Of a DNA stretch of 45,546 bases, positions 9,138-17,574 are shown one piece after another. Position 1 is the stretch's first letter. Each line of letters begins with the position of its first letter. Position numbers and translations under genes: made by a program. The DNA is taken from NCBI GenBank assembly GCA_017560225.1, contig JAFYOJ010000049.1, positions 1 through 45,546 of the forward strand, given 5' to 3'. This stretch comes from Clostridia bacterium (GTDB taxonomy: Bacteria; Bacillota; Clostridia; UBA1212; UBA1255). Under the pieces are notes generated by a model that saw only the letters and a program-made list of their open reading frames with translations, was not told the DNA's origin and ran no database searches.

Positions 9138-10085
9138 TTAAATAGTAATTTGACTAATTACGCCCTTCAAAACTTCTGCACTGTGCTGAAGTTTACCAAT
9201 TTCGCTACCGGTCAAGTTGGGAAGTAAGTTTCCGCAAACACCTTCAGAACCAACAATGAACGGAATGCTCAAACATACGTCTTCAATGCCGTACTCGCCG
9301 TGCATCATATTAGATACAGTCATCGCAGTCTTAACGCTGCCCAACAAACACTTTACTACGTGGCATACAGAAATAGATACTGCGTAGAAAGTAGCACCCT
9401 TACGTGCAATAATCTGTCCGCCGGAAGTACGCATGTATTGCTCGATTTCATCGGTATCCAACTGAGGGAACTTCTCATTGGTGTATTGGAAGTTATTTCT
9501 GTAATCCATCAAGTTTACACAACCAACCTGCGCACAAGACCACGGAACGAAAGAGCTGTCACCGTGTTCACCAAGTACGTATGCGTGAATGTTCTTCTCG
9601 CTGATACCGATATACTCACCGATTCTGGAACGAAGTCTGGAAGTATCCAAGATAGTACCGGAACCGATAATTCTGTGCTCCGGAATGCCGGAAACTTTCA
9701 TAAATACGTAAGTGAGAATGTCTACCGGGTTACTTACCAGAATATAAATTGCGTTAGGCGCATATTTCACAATTTGAGGTGCAATTTGCTTAATAACATT
9801 TACATTCGTCTGCGCAAGATCAATTCTGGACTGGCCGGCTTTTCTCGGAATACCGGAAGTAATAATAACAATATCGGAATCCTTCGCATCACTATATGTG
9901 CCTGCGTAAATTTTTGCAGAAGAGCTAAAAGGCATACCTTGACGAATATCCATTGCCTCGCCCTTTGCCTTCTCTTCATTGATGTCAATCAATACAATTT
10001 CAGAAGCAATCGCTTCTACTGCCATTGTGTACGTAATAGTGGAACCAACACTGCCGGCACCAATAACCGTAATCTTTCTACCCAT
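9138..10085 (-). CDS. NAD-dependent L-2-hydroxyacid dehydrogenase of the LDH/MDH family (Arg at the substrate-discriminating position, possibly malate dehydrogenase)
   Basis: ORF 9138..10139. I start it at MGRKITVIGAGSVGS (ATG 10085). Motifs are DTSRLRS and LGEHGDSSFVPWS (LDH-like catalytic His). The loop SGIPRKAGQSRIDL has Arg where LDHs have Gln. It lies 20 nt upstream of hdrB on the same strand. Confidence 0.8.
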   Translation of the reverse strand: MGRKITVIGAGSVGSTITYTMAVEAIASEIVLIDINEEKAKGEAMDIRQGMPFSSSAKIYAGTYSDAKDSDIVIITSGIPRKAGQSRIDLAQTNVNVIKQIAPQIVKYAPNAIYILVSNPVDILTYVFMKVSGIPEHRIIGSGTILDTSRLRSRIGEYIGISEKNIHAYVLGEHGDSSFVPWSCAQVGCVNLMDYRNNFQYTNEKFPQLDTDEIEQYMRTSGGQIIARKGATFYAVSISVCHVVKCLLGSVKTAMTVSNMMHGEYGIEDVCLSIPFIVGSEGVCGNLLPNLTGSEIGKLQHSAEVLKGVISQITI

Positions 10086-10176
10086 AAATTCTGCACCTCT
10101 TTCAAAATATTTAATAATATGGTTTACAGCGTGAAACAAAACCCGGGGGTAAGCACAATTCTCCGAGTTTGTAAAT

Positions 10177-10204
10177 ATTATAGCATACAGGGGGTAAAAA
10201 TCAA
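10177..10204 (-). promoter_or_regulatory. Predicted sigma-A promoter for the dehydrogenase-hdr-flx-frd operon
   Basis: The minus strand reads TTGATT (10204..10199), a 16-nt spacer ending in TGc, then TATAAT (10182..10177). This is about 90 nt upstream of ATG 10085. Confidence 0.45.
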
Positions 10205-10236
10205 GTGGTTTATTCTTCCGGAAATGTTAAAAAACA

Positions 10237-10265
10237 TTGTATTTTTGCGGGCAAAGGTATATAAT
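10237..10265 (+). promoter_or_regulatory. Predicted sigma-A promoter for ddl-murI
   Basis: TTGTAT (10237..10242), a 17-nt spacer, then TATAAT (10260..10265). This is about 38 nt upstream of ATG 10303. Confidence 0.45.
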
Positions 10266-10302
10266 GATAAGCGTGATTTTTCCCATGGGAGGATATAGAT
10301 TT

Positions 10303-11376
10303 ATGAAGTTGGCAGTTTTATTTGGAGGACGTTCTACAGAGCATGCGGTGTCTTGTGTTTCCGCATACTGTATTATCAGCAATTTAGATAAAGAGAAATA
10401 CGACATCGAAATGATCGGTATTACCCAAGACGGCCACTGGCTCCCTTATCACGGAAATCCCGAGAAATTAAAGGACGGCACATGGGAAGAAGAAGCTTGT
10501 ACAGAGAACCATTTTACCCGCCCCGCCCAGAGTACCTGCTGTTTGGATGCCGGTCTTCGTGTCCTTCAATCCTGCGAAGCGGTGCTTCCTGTACTCCACG
10601 GTCTGAACGGAGAGGATGGTACCGTGCAAGGTTTACTGGAATTATTGAATGTCCCCTACGTGGGTTGCAACGTTTTCGCATCAGCGGCGGGCATGGATAA
10701 AGTTTATGCAAAGGTGCTGTTTGCCGATGCGGGCATTCCCCAGTGCAAGCATATTGTGGCATACAGAAAGACTATTTTACAGGACGCAGCCGCTTACGAC
10801 ACACAAGTTGCGGAGAAACTTGGCTACCCCTGTTTCGTAAAGCCTTCCAACTCCGGTTCCTCTGTGGGTGTGCGGAAAGCCAAGACTCCCCAAGAACTTC
10901 ATGAAGCTTTGGTAGACGCGGCGCGATACGACCGAAAGATCTTAATTGAGGAATTTGTAGACGGCCGTGAAATCGAGTGCGCTGTACTGGGCTTGGACGA
11001 CGCAGAAGCGGCTGTACCCGGTGAGATCGTTCCTTCCAAAGAATTTTATGATTACGAAGATAAATATCAAAGCGGTTCCAGTTATTCGGTGATTCCCGCG
11101 GAGATTCCCCAAGAGGCGCTGACCAAGATTCAGGCATACGCCCTGAAAGCTTTTGCCGCCATCGACGGCACGGGCCTCTCCCGGGTGGACTTCTTCTACA
11201 AGAAGGACGGCACCATTTTACTGAACGAGATCAATACCCTGCCCGGCTTTACGGATATCAGTATGTATTCTAAGTTATGGAAGAATTGCGGACTTTCTTA
11301 TTCCGCCTTGTTGGATCGTCTGATCGACCTTGCTTTTAAGAGAAAAGAAGAACACGAGAGGTGCTGCCATGAGTGA
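10303..11376 (+). CDS. ddl: D-alanine--D-alanine ligase
   Basis: ORF 10237..11376. I start it at MKLAVLFGGRSTEHAVS, with GGGAGG upstream. It has the ATP-grasp motifs GEDGTVQGLLEL, FVKPSNSGSSVG and LNEINTLPGFT. Confidence 0.9.
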   Translation: MKLAVLFGGRSTEHAVSCVSAYCIISNLDKEKYDIEMIGITQDGHWLPYHGNPEKLKDGTWEEEACTENHFTRPAQSTCCLDAGLRVLQSCEAVLPVLHGLNGEDGTVQGLLELLNVPYVGCNVFASAAGMDKVYAKVLFADAGIPQCKHIVAYRKTILQDAAAYDTQVAEKLGYPCFVKPSNSGSSVGVRKAKTPQELHEALVDAARYDRKILIEEFVDGREIECAVLGLDDAEAAVPGEIVPSKEFYDYEDKYQSGSSYSVIPAEIPQEALTKIQAYALKAFAAIDGTGLSRVDFFYKKDGTILLNEINTLPGFTDISMYSKLWKNCGLSYSALLDRLIDLAFKRKEEHERCCHE

Positions 11377-12196
11377 TAACAGACCCATCGGTATTTTTGA
11401 TTCCGGTTTAGGCGGTCTTACGGTTTTGAAAGCCGTGCAAGAGTTACTGCCCAACGAGTCTTTGGTTTATTTCGGCGACAGCGGCAGAACGCCTTACGGC
11501 ACCAAGTCCCCGGAAACCGTGCAGAAGTACACCTTCCAGGATATCAATTTTCTTCTGGAGCATCAGGTTAAAATGATTGTAATTGCCTGCAATACAGCAA
11601 GCGCTTGCAGTTTGGATGCGGTATTGAAACAGTACACCCTGCCTATTGTGGAAGTGGTGGGCCCCGGCTCCAGAGCAGCCGTGCGCACCTCCAAAAAGGG
11701 GCAGATCGGCGTCATTGGGACTCCGGCCACTATTGCATCCGGCGTATATGAGCGTGCCATCCAAGCCGCCACCGCCAGATTGACACCGGACCGTGCTTCC
11801 ACGTATTACGGGAAGGCGTGTCCTTTGTTTGTGCCATTGGTGGAAGAAGGTTGGTGGGACCGAGAAGTAACCGCGCTTACGGTGCAGGAATACATGAAGC
11901 CTTTGCAAGATGCCGGCGTAGATACGGTGGTATTGGGCTGCACCCATTATCCTTTGTTGCAGTCTGCCATTCAGAAAGAGATGGGACCCGAGGTAACTTT
12001 AGTAAACTCGGCATTGGAAGTAGCAAGAGAAGTACAAGCCGTACTCACAGAACGAGACATTGCTACCGGCGAAGGCGGTCAAGGAAGTGTTTCTTTCTTC
12101 ACCAGTGACAGTGTGGAGAAATTCGCCGAACTAGGCAGCATTTTCCTGGGGAAAAGATTAGAAAACGTTACGAAGATTGACATCGAGGCGCGATAA
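11369..12196 (+). CDS. murI: Glutamate racemase
   Basis: ORF 11330..12196. I start it at MSDNRPIGIFDSGLGGLTV, overlapping the ddl stop by 8 nt. Motifs are VIACNTAS and VLGCTHYPLL. Confidence 0.9.
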   Translation: MSDNRPIGIFDSGLGGLTVLKAVQELLPNESLVYFGDSGRTPYGTKSPETVQKYTFQDINFLLEHQVKMIVIACNTASACSLDAVLKQYTLPIVEVVGPGSRAAVRTSKKGQIGVIGTPATIASGVYERAIQAATARLTPDRASTYYGKACPLFVPLVEEGWWDREVTALTVQEYMKPLQDAGVDTVVLGCTHYPLLQSAIQKEMGPEVTLVNSALEVAREVQAVLTERDIATGEGGQGSVSFFTSDSVEKFAELGSIFLGKRLENVTKIDIEAR

Positions 12197-13733
12197 GGCG
12201 CTTAATGATCCGTGCGATGCTCACCCAACCCGATATACCCACAATAATAAAGAACGGGCCAAATGCAAACAAATAACGGGCTCGTGCTTCAAATAAAGTC
12301 AAGAAAATGGTGATGCCAATCAACGTAAGAGGCACCACCAATGTTGGCGTGAATTTTTTGCGTTTCAAAAAATACAATCCGCTTCCCACGGATCCCACCA
12401 GTAAAATCAACCAAATCCATTGTTGCAAGTGCAAGAAAAGGGTATGGTATTGCCCATTTCTGTAATAAATATCTTTCAAAAAAGGAGACAACGTCTCATT
12501 TCGGTCTTCGAACATCGTGTTGTAGAAAGTCCCCTCTCCACTCCATGCGTACGCACCATCCCCATAGTTAATCAGTACCTTCCGGGCATACTGTCTGGAA
12601 ACACCCTCGACACCCAGCATTTCCAGGCGCGCACGAATCATTCGCTTATTCGCCTCTTTTCGACGTTCCACCGTATAGTATGAATTAGAAAAATCCACGT
12701 CTGCATCCGAATATCCCCCCTGCGTATCCGGATTTAGTCCCATCATAAAATAATGTTCCATGCCAAATTCCGATTTCTCGCTATAGATAAAGGGGAGAGA
12801 CGGCAAAATCAGCTGTGTGAAAAGCAACATGACCAGCAGGCCGCTAACGCCACAGGCAATTCCTTTCTGTATAAAGGATACAACTTCTTTCTTATGTATA
12901 TTGAAGCAAAAACGAACTAGCTCAACCAGAACAATAGCAATAAACACAATGGCAATTTGCGGTTTTGTTTTGTAGCCGAGATAGGACAAGCAACCAATGC
13001 CGGCCCATTTTACCCACACAAATTTACCGTTTTGTGCCAATTGGTAAAGGCGTACCAAGACAACAGGAAAGCAAAGCACCAAGCCATCTGAATATAAGAT
13101 CATCAGCCAAGGGCTCAACCCAATGTGGACCGCATAGACAAACCAAGCAAAAAGGGCAACTTGGACATTCGTCAGTTCTCTTACCACTTGATATAACAAG
13201 TAGCCACATAGACAAGATAACATACATTGAAACGCCACAACCGCAAAACCATCCCACGCACCAAGTCCCAACCAAGACATCCCGCGAAAAACAACACTAT
13301 AGAACCACACCAATAAAAAATTATTGGGATACCGTCCAAAATACCAGGCGGTGAATCCTTCTTCTCCCGCGGCGATTCTCCGTGCAATCGACACAATATA
13401 TCCAGAATCCCAACCGGTTTCAAAGTAAATATTATAAAATATAATCAGTTGCAACAAAAACAATCCAGCGGTAAAAATCCAAATAGTATACCAAGGCAAT
13501 CGTTCTGCAAAATGGTCAATTTTCTGTCGATATCGAATATACAGCAAAATCCCCACCGCCATCACCAGGACGCCCAACAGAAGAATGGCCCAGTAAGGAA
13601 GTGCAAACACACGTTTGCCGTTGTAGGAAACGCTGCCGGAGAAACCAATCACAATCAACAAAATTAAACCGGCCAATACAGACCAGCTCACGGCGATGCC
13701 ATTATACGCGAATTTTTCCAATCGGTTCTTCAT
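12168..13733 (-). CDS. Polytopic membrane protein, GT-C-fold glycosyltransferase-like (ArnT/PMT-type), tentative
   Basis: ORF 12168..13760. I start it at MKNRLEKF (ATG 13733), with AAGGAG 7 nt upstream. It has at least 10 predicted hydrophobic helices and a soluble segment near the C-terminal third. The family call rests on architecture only. Confidence 0.4.
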   Translation of the reverse strand: MKNRLEKFAYNGIAVSWSVLAGLILLIVIGFSGSVSYNGKRVFALPYWAILLLGVLVMAVGILLYIRYRQKIDHFAERLPWYTIWIFTAGLFLLQLIIFYNIYFETGWDSGYIVSIARRIAAGEEGFTAWYFGRYPNNFLLVWFYSVVFRGMSWLGLGAWDGFAVVAFQCMLSCLCGYLLYQVVRELTNVQVALFAWFVYAVHIGLSPWLMILYSDGLVLCFPVVLVRLYQLAQNGKFVWVKWAGIGCLSYLGYKTKPQIAIVFIAIVLVELVRFCFNIHKKEVVSFIQKGIACGVSGLLVMLLFTQLILPSLPFIYSEKSEFGMEHYFMMGLNPDTQGGYSDADVDFSNSYYTVERRKEANKRMIRARLEMLGVEGVSRQYARKVLINYGDGAYAWSGEGTFYNTMFEDRNETLSPFLKDIYYRNGQYHTLFLHLQQWIWLILLVGSVGSGLYFLKRKKFTPTLVVPLTLIGITIFLTLFEARARYLFAFGPFFIIVGISGWVSIARIIKRLIAPRCQSS

Positions 13734-13737
13734 TGTC

Positions 13738-15576
13738 TTACTCCTTGTGAAAATGCCCATAAACGATCTCTGCTATTTTCTGTCCGAACCCTTGCACTTG
13801 CATGAAGTCCTCCACAGAGGCTTCCCGGATTTTTGCAATACTGCCGAAATGACGAAGCAAATCCAGTTTCCGTTTGTCCCCTAATCCTTTAATTTCATCC
13901 AGCGCCGTGCGGCGATACCGTTTGGAAGTAAGTTTCCGATTATAGGAAACAGCCACACGGTGGGTTTCATTCTGCACCGCCGTAACCAGCCGCCAAATCC
14001 CGGGATCATCTTTCAAAATAAATTCCCGATATTGTCCATCCACCTCGCCAAGCAACGCACGGGAACGATGGCGATCATCTTTCACCATGCCTAACATGGG
14101 AATATTCAAATTCATTTTACCCAGCACGCCGGCCACCGCACTCATCTGCCCCAAGCCGCCGTCAATCAACAGTAAATCCGGCAACACCTCAAATCCTTTG
14201 CTCCCCTCTTGATACCGAGCAAAACGTCTTGTAAGCGTCTCCGCCATAGAGTCCGTGTCGCTTTGAGCCGTGACCTGCTTCATCTTAAACAAACGGTACT
14301 CACTCTTAGCCGGCTTGCCGCCTACAAATACCACCATGGAAGCATTGATTTCGCTGTCGCCTAAATTGGAAATGTCATAGGATTCAATCCGTTCCGGAAG
14401 TTTCGGCAAGTCGTAAATTTCTTGCAGCCGGGCAAGGGTTCTGTATTCCCCGTCGCCGGCGGCGCCGGTAACCATCGACTTCTCTCGATTCAGCAGGGCA
14501 ATCTCGGCATTTTCCCGGACCAAATCACAAATCTTCCGTTTGTCCCCTCGCTGCGGGTGTACAATTTCGCACTTCCGCCCCCGAAGCTGCGTGAGCCAAC
14601 CGGAGAGGGCCTCGCCTTCCATGCTTTCGCTTACGTACACTTTGGGCGGCACGTACTGATGTTCGTTGTAAAATTGTTGGATAAATGCGGTCAAAATCTC
14701 CTCAGGCGCTTCTTCCCCGGCACCTTCAAAGATAAAATACTCTCTGCCCAGGACTTTTCCGCCCCGGACGAAGAAAATTTGCACGCAGGCATCCACTTGA
14801 TTCCGAGCGACAGCCACCGCGTCGAAGTCATCTTCGGAAAGCAAGGATATTTTCTGTTTCTCCTGGAGGCGCTCCAAAGCTTTCAGTCGCTCCCGATAAG
14901 CTGCCGCCAATTCAAATTCCAAGCGGGATGCTGCATCTTCCATCATCCGGCGTAATTCCCCGGCTACTGCCTCTTGTTTGCCGGAGAGGAAGTCCAGCAC
15001 TTGATCTACCAAGATCTTGTATTCCTTCTCGGGAATCTTGCCGCAACAAGCGCCGCGACACAGGCCGATGTGGTAGTTGAGGCAAGGGCGGTCATTGGTT
15101 TTCTCGGTGATTCGCTTCTTGCAAGGGCGCAAAGGTAAAATATTCTTTATTGCTTCCAATGTCTGCTGCACGGTCCATCCGCTGAAATAGGGGCCGAAGT
15201 ATTTTGCCCCGTCTTTCTCAATCTTTCTTGCCAGCATCACTCTGGGAAACCGTTCCTGGACGGTGACTTTGATATACGGAAAGCCTTTGTCGTCTTTTAA
15301 GAGTACGTTATATTTGGGTTTATATTTCTTAATGAGGTTGTTTTCTAATAGGAGGGCCTCATATTCGCTGTCGCAAACGATGTATTCGAAATGGTGAATC
15401 TTGGAAATCATCACCGTGATTCTTTGGCTATGAGGAATATTTTGGAAATAAGAGCGCAAACGATTCTTAAGGACTACGGCTTTGCCTACGTAAAGGACAC
15501 CGTCTTCCTCGTCTCGCATAAGATATACGCCGGGTTTCTCCGGGACTTTGGAAAGTTCTTCTTTAAATCGTTCCAT
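13738..15576 (-). CDS. uvrC: Excinuclease ABC subunit C
   Basis: 612 aa. It has the GIY-YIG N-terminus (PGVYLMRDEEDGVLYVGKA...LKNRLRSYF), the UvrBC-interaction region, and a C-terminal RNase-H-like plus HhH region (LDEIKGLGDKRKLDLLRHFGS). Confidence 0.95.
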   Translation of the reverse strand: MERFKEELSKVPEKPGVYLMRDEEDGVLYVGKAVVLKNRLRSYFQNIPHSQRITVMISKIHHFEYIVCDSEYEALLLENNLIKKYKPKYNVLLKDDKGFPYIKVTVQERFPRVMLARKIEKDGAKYFGPYFSGWTVQQTLEAIKNILPLRPCKKRITEKTNDRPCLNYHIGLCRGACCGKIPEKEYKILVDQVLDFLSGKQEAVAGELRRMMEDAASRLEFELAAAYRERLKALERLQEKQKISLLSEDDFDAVAVARNQVDACVQIFFVRGGKVLGREYFIFEGAGEEAPEEILTAFIQQFYNEHQYVPPKVYVSESMEGEALSGWLTQLRGRKCEIVHPQRGDKRKICDLVRENAEIALLNREKSMVTGAAGDGEYRTLARLQEIYDLPKLPERIESYDISNLGDSEINASMVVFVGGKPAKSEYRLFKMKQVTAQSDTDSMAETLTRRFARYQEGSKGFEVLPDLLLIDGGLGQMSAVAGVLGKMNLNIPMLGMVKDDRHRSRALLGEVDGQYREFILKDDPGIWRLVTAVQNETHRVAVSYNRKLTSKRYRRTALDEIKGLGDKRKLDLLRHFGSIAKIREASVEDFMQVQGFGQKIAEIVYGHFHKE

Positions 15577-15585
15577 ATAGGTAGG

Positions 15586-15614
15586 ATTATAGCAGACACG
15601 GGCGGGAATTTCAA
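15586..15614 (-). promoter_or_regulatory. Predicted sigma-A promoter placing the uvrC ATG about 9 nt after the -10 box (leaderless or near-leaderless mRNA)
   Basis: The minus strand reads TTGAAA (15614..15609), a 17-nt spacer ending in TGc, TATAAT (15591..15586), then cctacctat, then ATG (15576). No Shine-Dalgarno sequence is present. Confidence 0.5.
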
Positions 15615-15827
15615 TGTTGCGGGCACGGATAAGCGATGGTTGGGCGTAGAATGGTAAAATACTTAATCAGCGCCCAAATATTTGAGAAATTTTGAATCAA
15701 ACCATCTTTTTAAACCTTAAATCTGCTATTTTTGGGCTTTATACAAACAAGACAGGAATCCACCGCCCAAGCTTTGGGCGTACCACCGCTCAAAATAGTA
15801 TTTACGCCCAAAGAGCCTTTTACGCAT

Positions 15828-15857
15828 AAAAAAAGAATCCGACTTTCATCGGATTCT
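15828..15857 (-). terminator. Rho-independent terminator after the tRNA-Met/tRNA-Glu pair
   Basis: The minus strand reads AGAATCCGA-tgaaag-TCGGATTCT followed by a T-run. Confidence 0.7.
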
Positions 15858-15865
15858 TCTTCATT

Positions 15866-15940
15866 TGGTGACCCCTACGAGAATCGAACTCGTGTCGCCG
15901 CCGTGAAAGGGCGATGTCTTAACCTCTTGACCAAGGGGCC
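15866..15940 (-). tRNA. tRNA-Glu (anticodon UUC)
   Basis: The reverse complement is GGCCCCTTGGTCAAGAGGTTAAGACATCGCCCTTTCACGGCGGCGACACGAGTTCGATTCTCGTAGGGGTCACCA. It folds as a cloverleaf with anticodon loop CTTTCAC, a GTTCGATTC T-loop and an encoded CCA. Confidence 0.9.
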
Positions 15941-15943
15941 TTA

Positions 15944-16020
15944 TGGTAGCGGTAGTGGGATTTGAACCTACGACCTGCCGGGTATGAACCGGACGCTCTG
16001 GCCAGCTGAGCTATACCGCC
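15944..16020 (-). tRNA. tRNA with CAU anticodon (elongator Met type; Ile2-lysidine not excluded)
   Basis: The reverse complement is GGCGGTATAGCTCAGCTGGCCAGAGCGTCCGGTTCATACCCGGCAGGTCGTAGGTTCAAATCCCACTACCGCTACCA. It resembles Firmicute elongator tRNA-Met as I remember it. There is one A-C mismatch in the T-stem. Confidence 0.8.
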
Positions 16021-16073
16021 ACAGAATCTCACCAAACGTACCAAGATGAAGCATCTGGCAAGAACGCTTGACA

Positions 16074-16102
16074 ATTTTATCTTATATCTGTACATTTGTC
16101 AA
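16074..16102 (-). promoter_or_regulatory. Predicted promoter for the tRNA-Met/tRNA-Glu unit
   Basis: The minus strand reads TTGACA (16102..16097), a 17-nt spacer, then TAAAAT (16079..16074). This is about 50 nt upstream of the tRNA 5' end. Confidence 0.5.
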
Positions 16103-16162
16103 CTACTTTTTTAAAAATTTTTTTACATGCTAAACTGAACGCTATATTGCTCGTTTCACGCA

Positions 16163-16191
16163 TTGCAACCCATATTCAACTGTGCTACAAT
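16163..16191 (+). promoter_or_regulatory. Predicted sigma-A promoter for pgi
   Basis: TTGCAA (16163..16168), a 17-nt spacer ending in TGc, then TACAAT (16186..16191). Confidence 0.45.
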
Positions 16192-16225
16192 AACACCGTT
16201 ATTTTATTATAAGGTGGTTAGTTCT

Positions 16226-17557
16226 ATGAGTTTTATCAGTTTTGATTACACAAGAGCAGACAAGTTCCTCTCCGAAGAAGAGATTTTGAACTTGAAGGGC
16301 CAGATTGCAGATGCCCATAATACGCTCCATAACAAGACCGGCGCCGGCAGCGACTATACCGGCTGGGTAGATCTTCCTGTAAACTATGATAAGGAAGAGT
16401 ATGCACGTCTTAAGAAGTGTGTGGAGAAGATTCGCAAAGATTCTCAGATTTTGGTAGTTGTTGGTATTGGCGGTTCCTATTTGGGTGCGCGCGCTGCCAT
16501 CGAAATGCTCAGCCCTTCTTTCTACAATATTGAATGTATTGCAGGCAAGAAAGGTGCTATTCGCAAATCCGACACAGCGGTTATTTTCGCCGGCAACAGC
16601 ATCAGTTCCAATTACATGGCAGATTTGATGGATTTGATCGAAGGTTGCGATATTTCCGTAAACGTTATCTCTAAATCCGGTACAACCACGGAGCCCGCTA
16701 TTGCATTCCGTATTTTGAAGGAATATATGGAGAAGAAGTACGGCAAAGAAGAAGCAGCTAAGAGAATTTACGCAACGACCGACAAGGCTCGCGGTGCCCT
16801 TCGCACACTGGCAACCCAGGAAGGTTACGAAACTTTCGTGATTCCCGATGACGTTGGTGGCCGTTACTCCGTATTGACCCCTGTAGGTTTACTTCCTATC
16901 GGTGTTGCAGGCATGGATTTGGACAAGATTATGGAAGGCGCCAAGGATGCATACGACCGTTACTTAGAGCCTGATGTTACCAAGAATGATTGCTACAAGT
17001 ACGTAGCTGCCCGCAACGCTTTGTACCGCAAGGGTAAGACCATTGAAATTATGGTAAACTATGAGCCTTCTCTCCACTATATGACCGAGTGGTGGAAGCA
17101 ACTCTACGGCGAAAGCGAAGGCAAAGATGGAAAAGGCATTTTCCCTGCAGGCGTTGATTTCAGTACCGACCTTCACTCCATGGGCCAGTACATTCAAGAC
17201 GGTATCCGCAATTTGTTTGAAACTGTTTTGTTGGTAGACGCCCCCCGTCGTTCTGTCATTATTGAGGCGGACGAGGCAAACTTGGATGGTCTTAATTATT
17301 TAGCAGGTATGGACATCGACTACGTAAACAAGCAGGCTGCAGAGGGGACTTACTTGGCACACACCGACGGCGGTGTTCCCAACTTGTTTATTAAGATTCC
17401 TGCATTGGATGAATACAACTTCGGCGCATTGGTATACTTCTTTGAGAAGGCTTGTGGCGTCAGCGGCTACGTTTTGGGCGTAAATCCTTTCAACCAGCCC
17501 GGTGTTGAAGCGTATAAGAAGAATATGTTCCGTTTGTTAGGTAAGCCCGGATATTGA
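16226..17557 (+). CDS. pgi: Glucose-6-phosphate isomerase
   Basis: ORF 16163..17557. I start it at [14 protein letters not shown], with AAGGTGG upstream. It is the Firmicute-type PGI of about 443 aa, with motifs [35 protein letters not shown] and QLYGESEGK. Confidence 0.9.
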   Translation: MSFISFDYTRADKFLSEEEILNLKGQIADAHNTLHNKTGAGSDYTGWVDLPVNYDKEEYARLKKCVEKIRKDSQILVVVGIGGSYLGARAAIEMLSPSFYNIECIAGKKGAIRKSDTAVIFAGNSISSNYMADLMDLIEGCDISVNVISKSGTTTEPAIAFRILKEYMEKKYGKEEAAKRIYATTDKARGALRTLATQEGYETFVIPDDVGGRYSVLTPVGLLPIGVAGMDLDKIMEGAKDAYDRYLEPDVTKNDCYKYVAARNALYRKGKTIEIMVNYEPSLHYMTEWWKQLYGESEGKDGKGIFPAGVDFSTDLHSMGQYIQDGIRNLFETVLLVDAPRRSVIIEADEANLDGLNYLAGMDIDYVNKQAAEGTYLAHTDGGVPNLFIKIPALDEYNFGALVYFFEKACGVSGYVLGVNPFNQPGVEAYKKNMFRLLGKPGY

Positions 17558-17574
17558 TTCTAAGAAGAATTAAA

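Noticed and set aside
10086-10240. Rex (TTGTGAA-N4-TTCACAA) operator upstream of the dehydrogenase-hdr operon, and the AATGTT-AAAA-AACATT palindrome at 10223..10238
   Set aside because: No sequence comes within about 3 mismatches of the Rex consensus. The 6-bp inverted repeat is AT-rich and too short to distinguish from chance.
12168-12196. 29-bp tail-to-tail overlap of murI and the GT-C-like membrane protein gene, and the 4-bp convergent overlap at 19804..19807
   Set aside because: The overlaps are real in the sequence, but convergent 3' overlaps of this size are common in compact genomes. Nothing else suggests antisense regulation.
15577-15700. LexA/Cheo box (GAAC-N4-GTTC) upstream of uvrC
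   Set aside because: I searched by eye on both strands and found no match.
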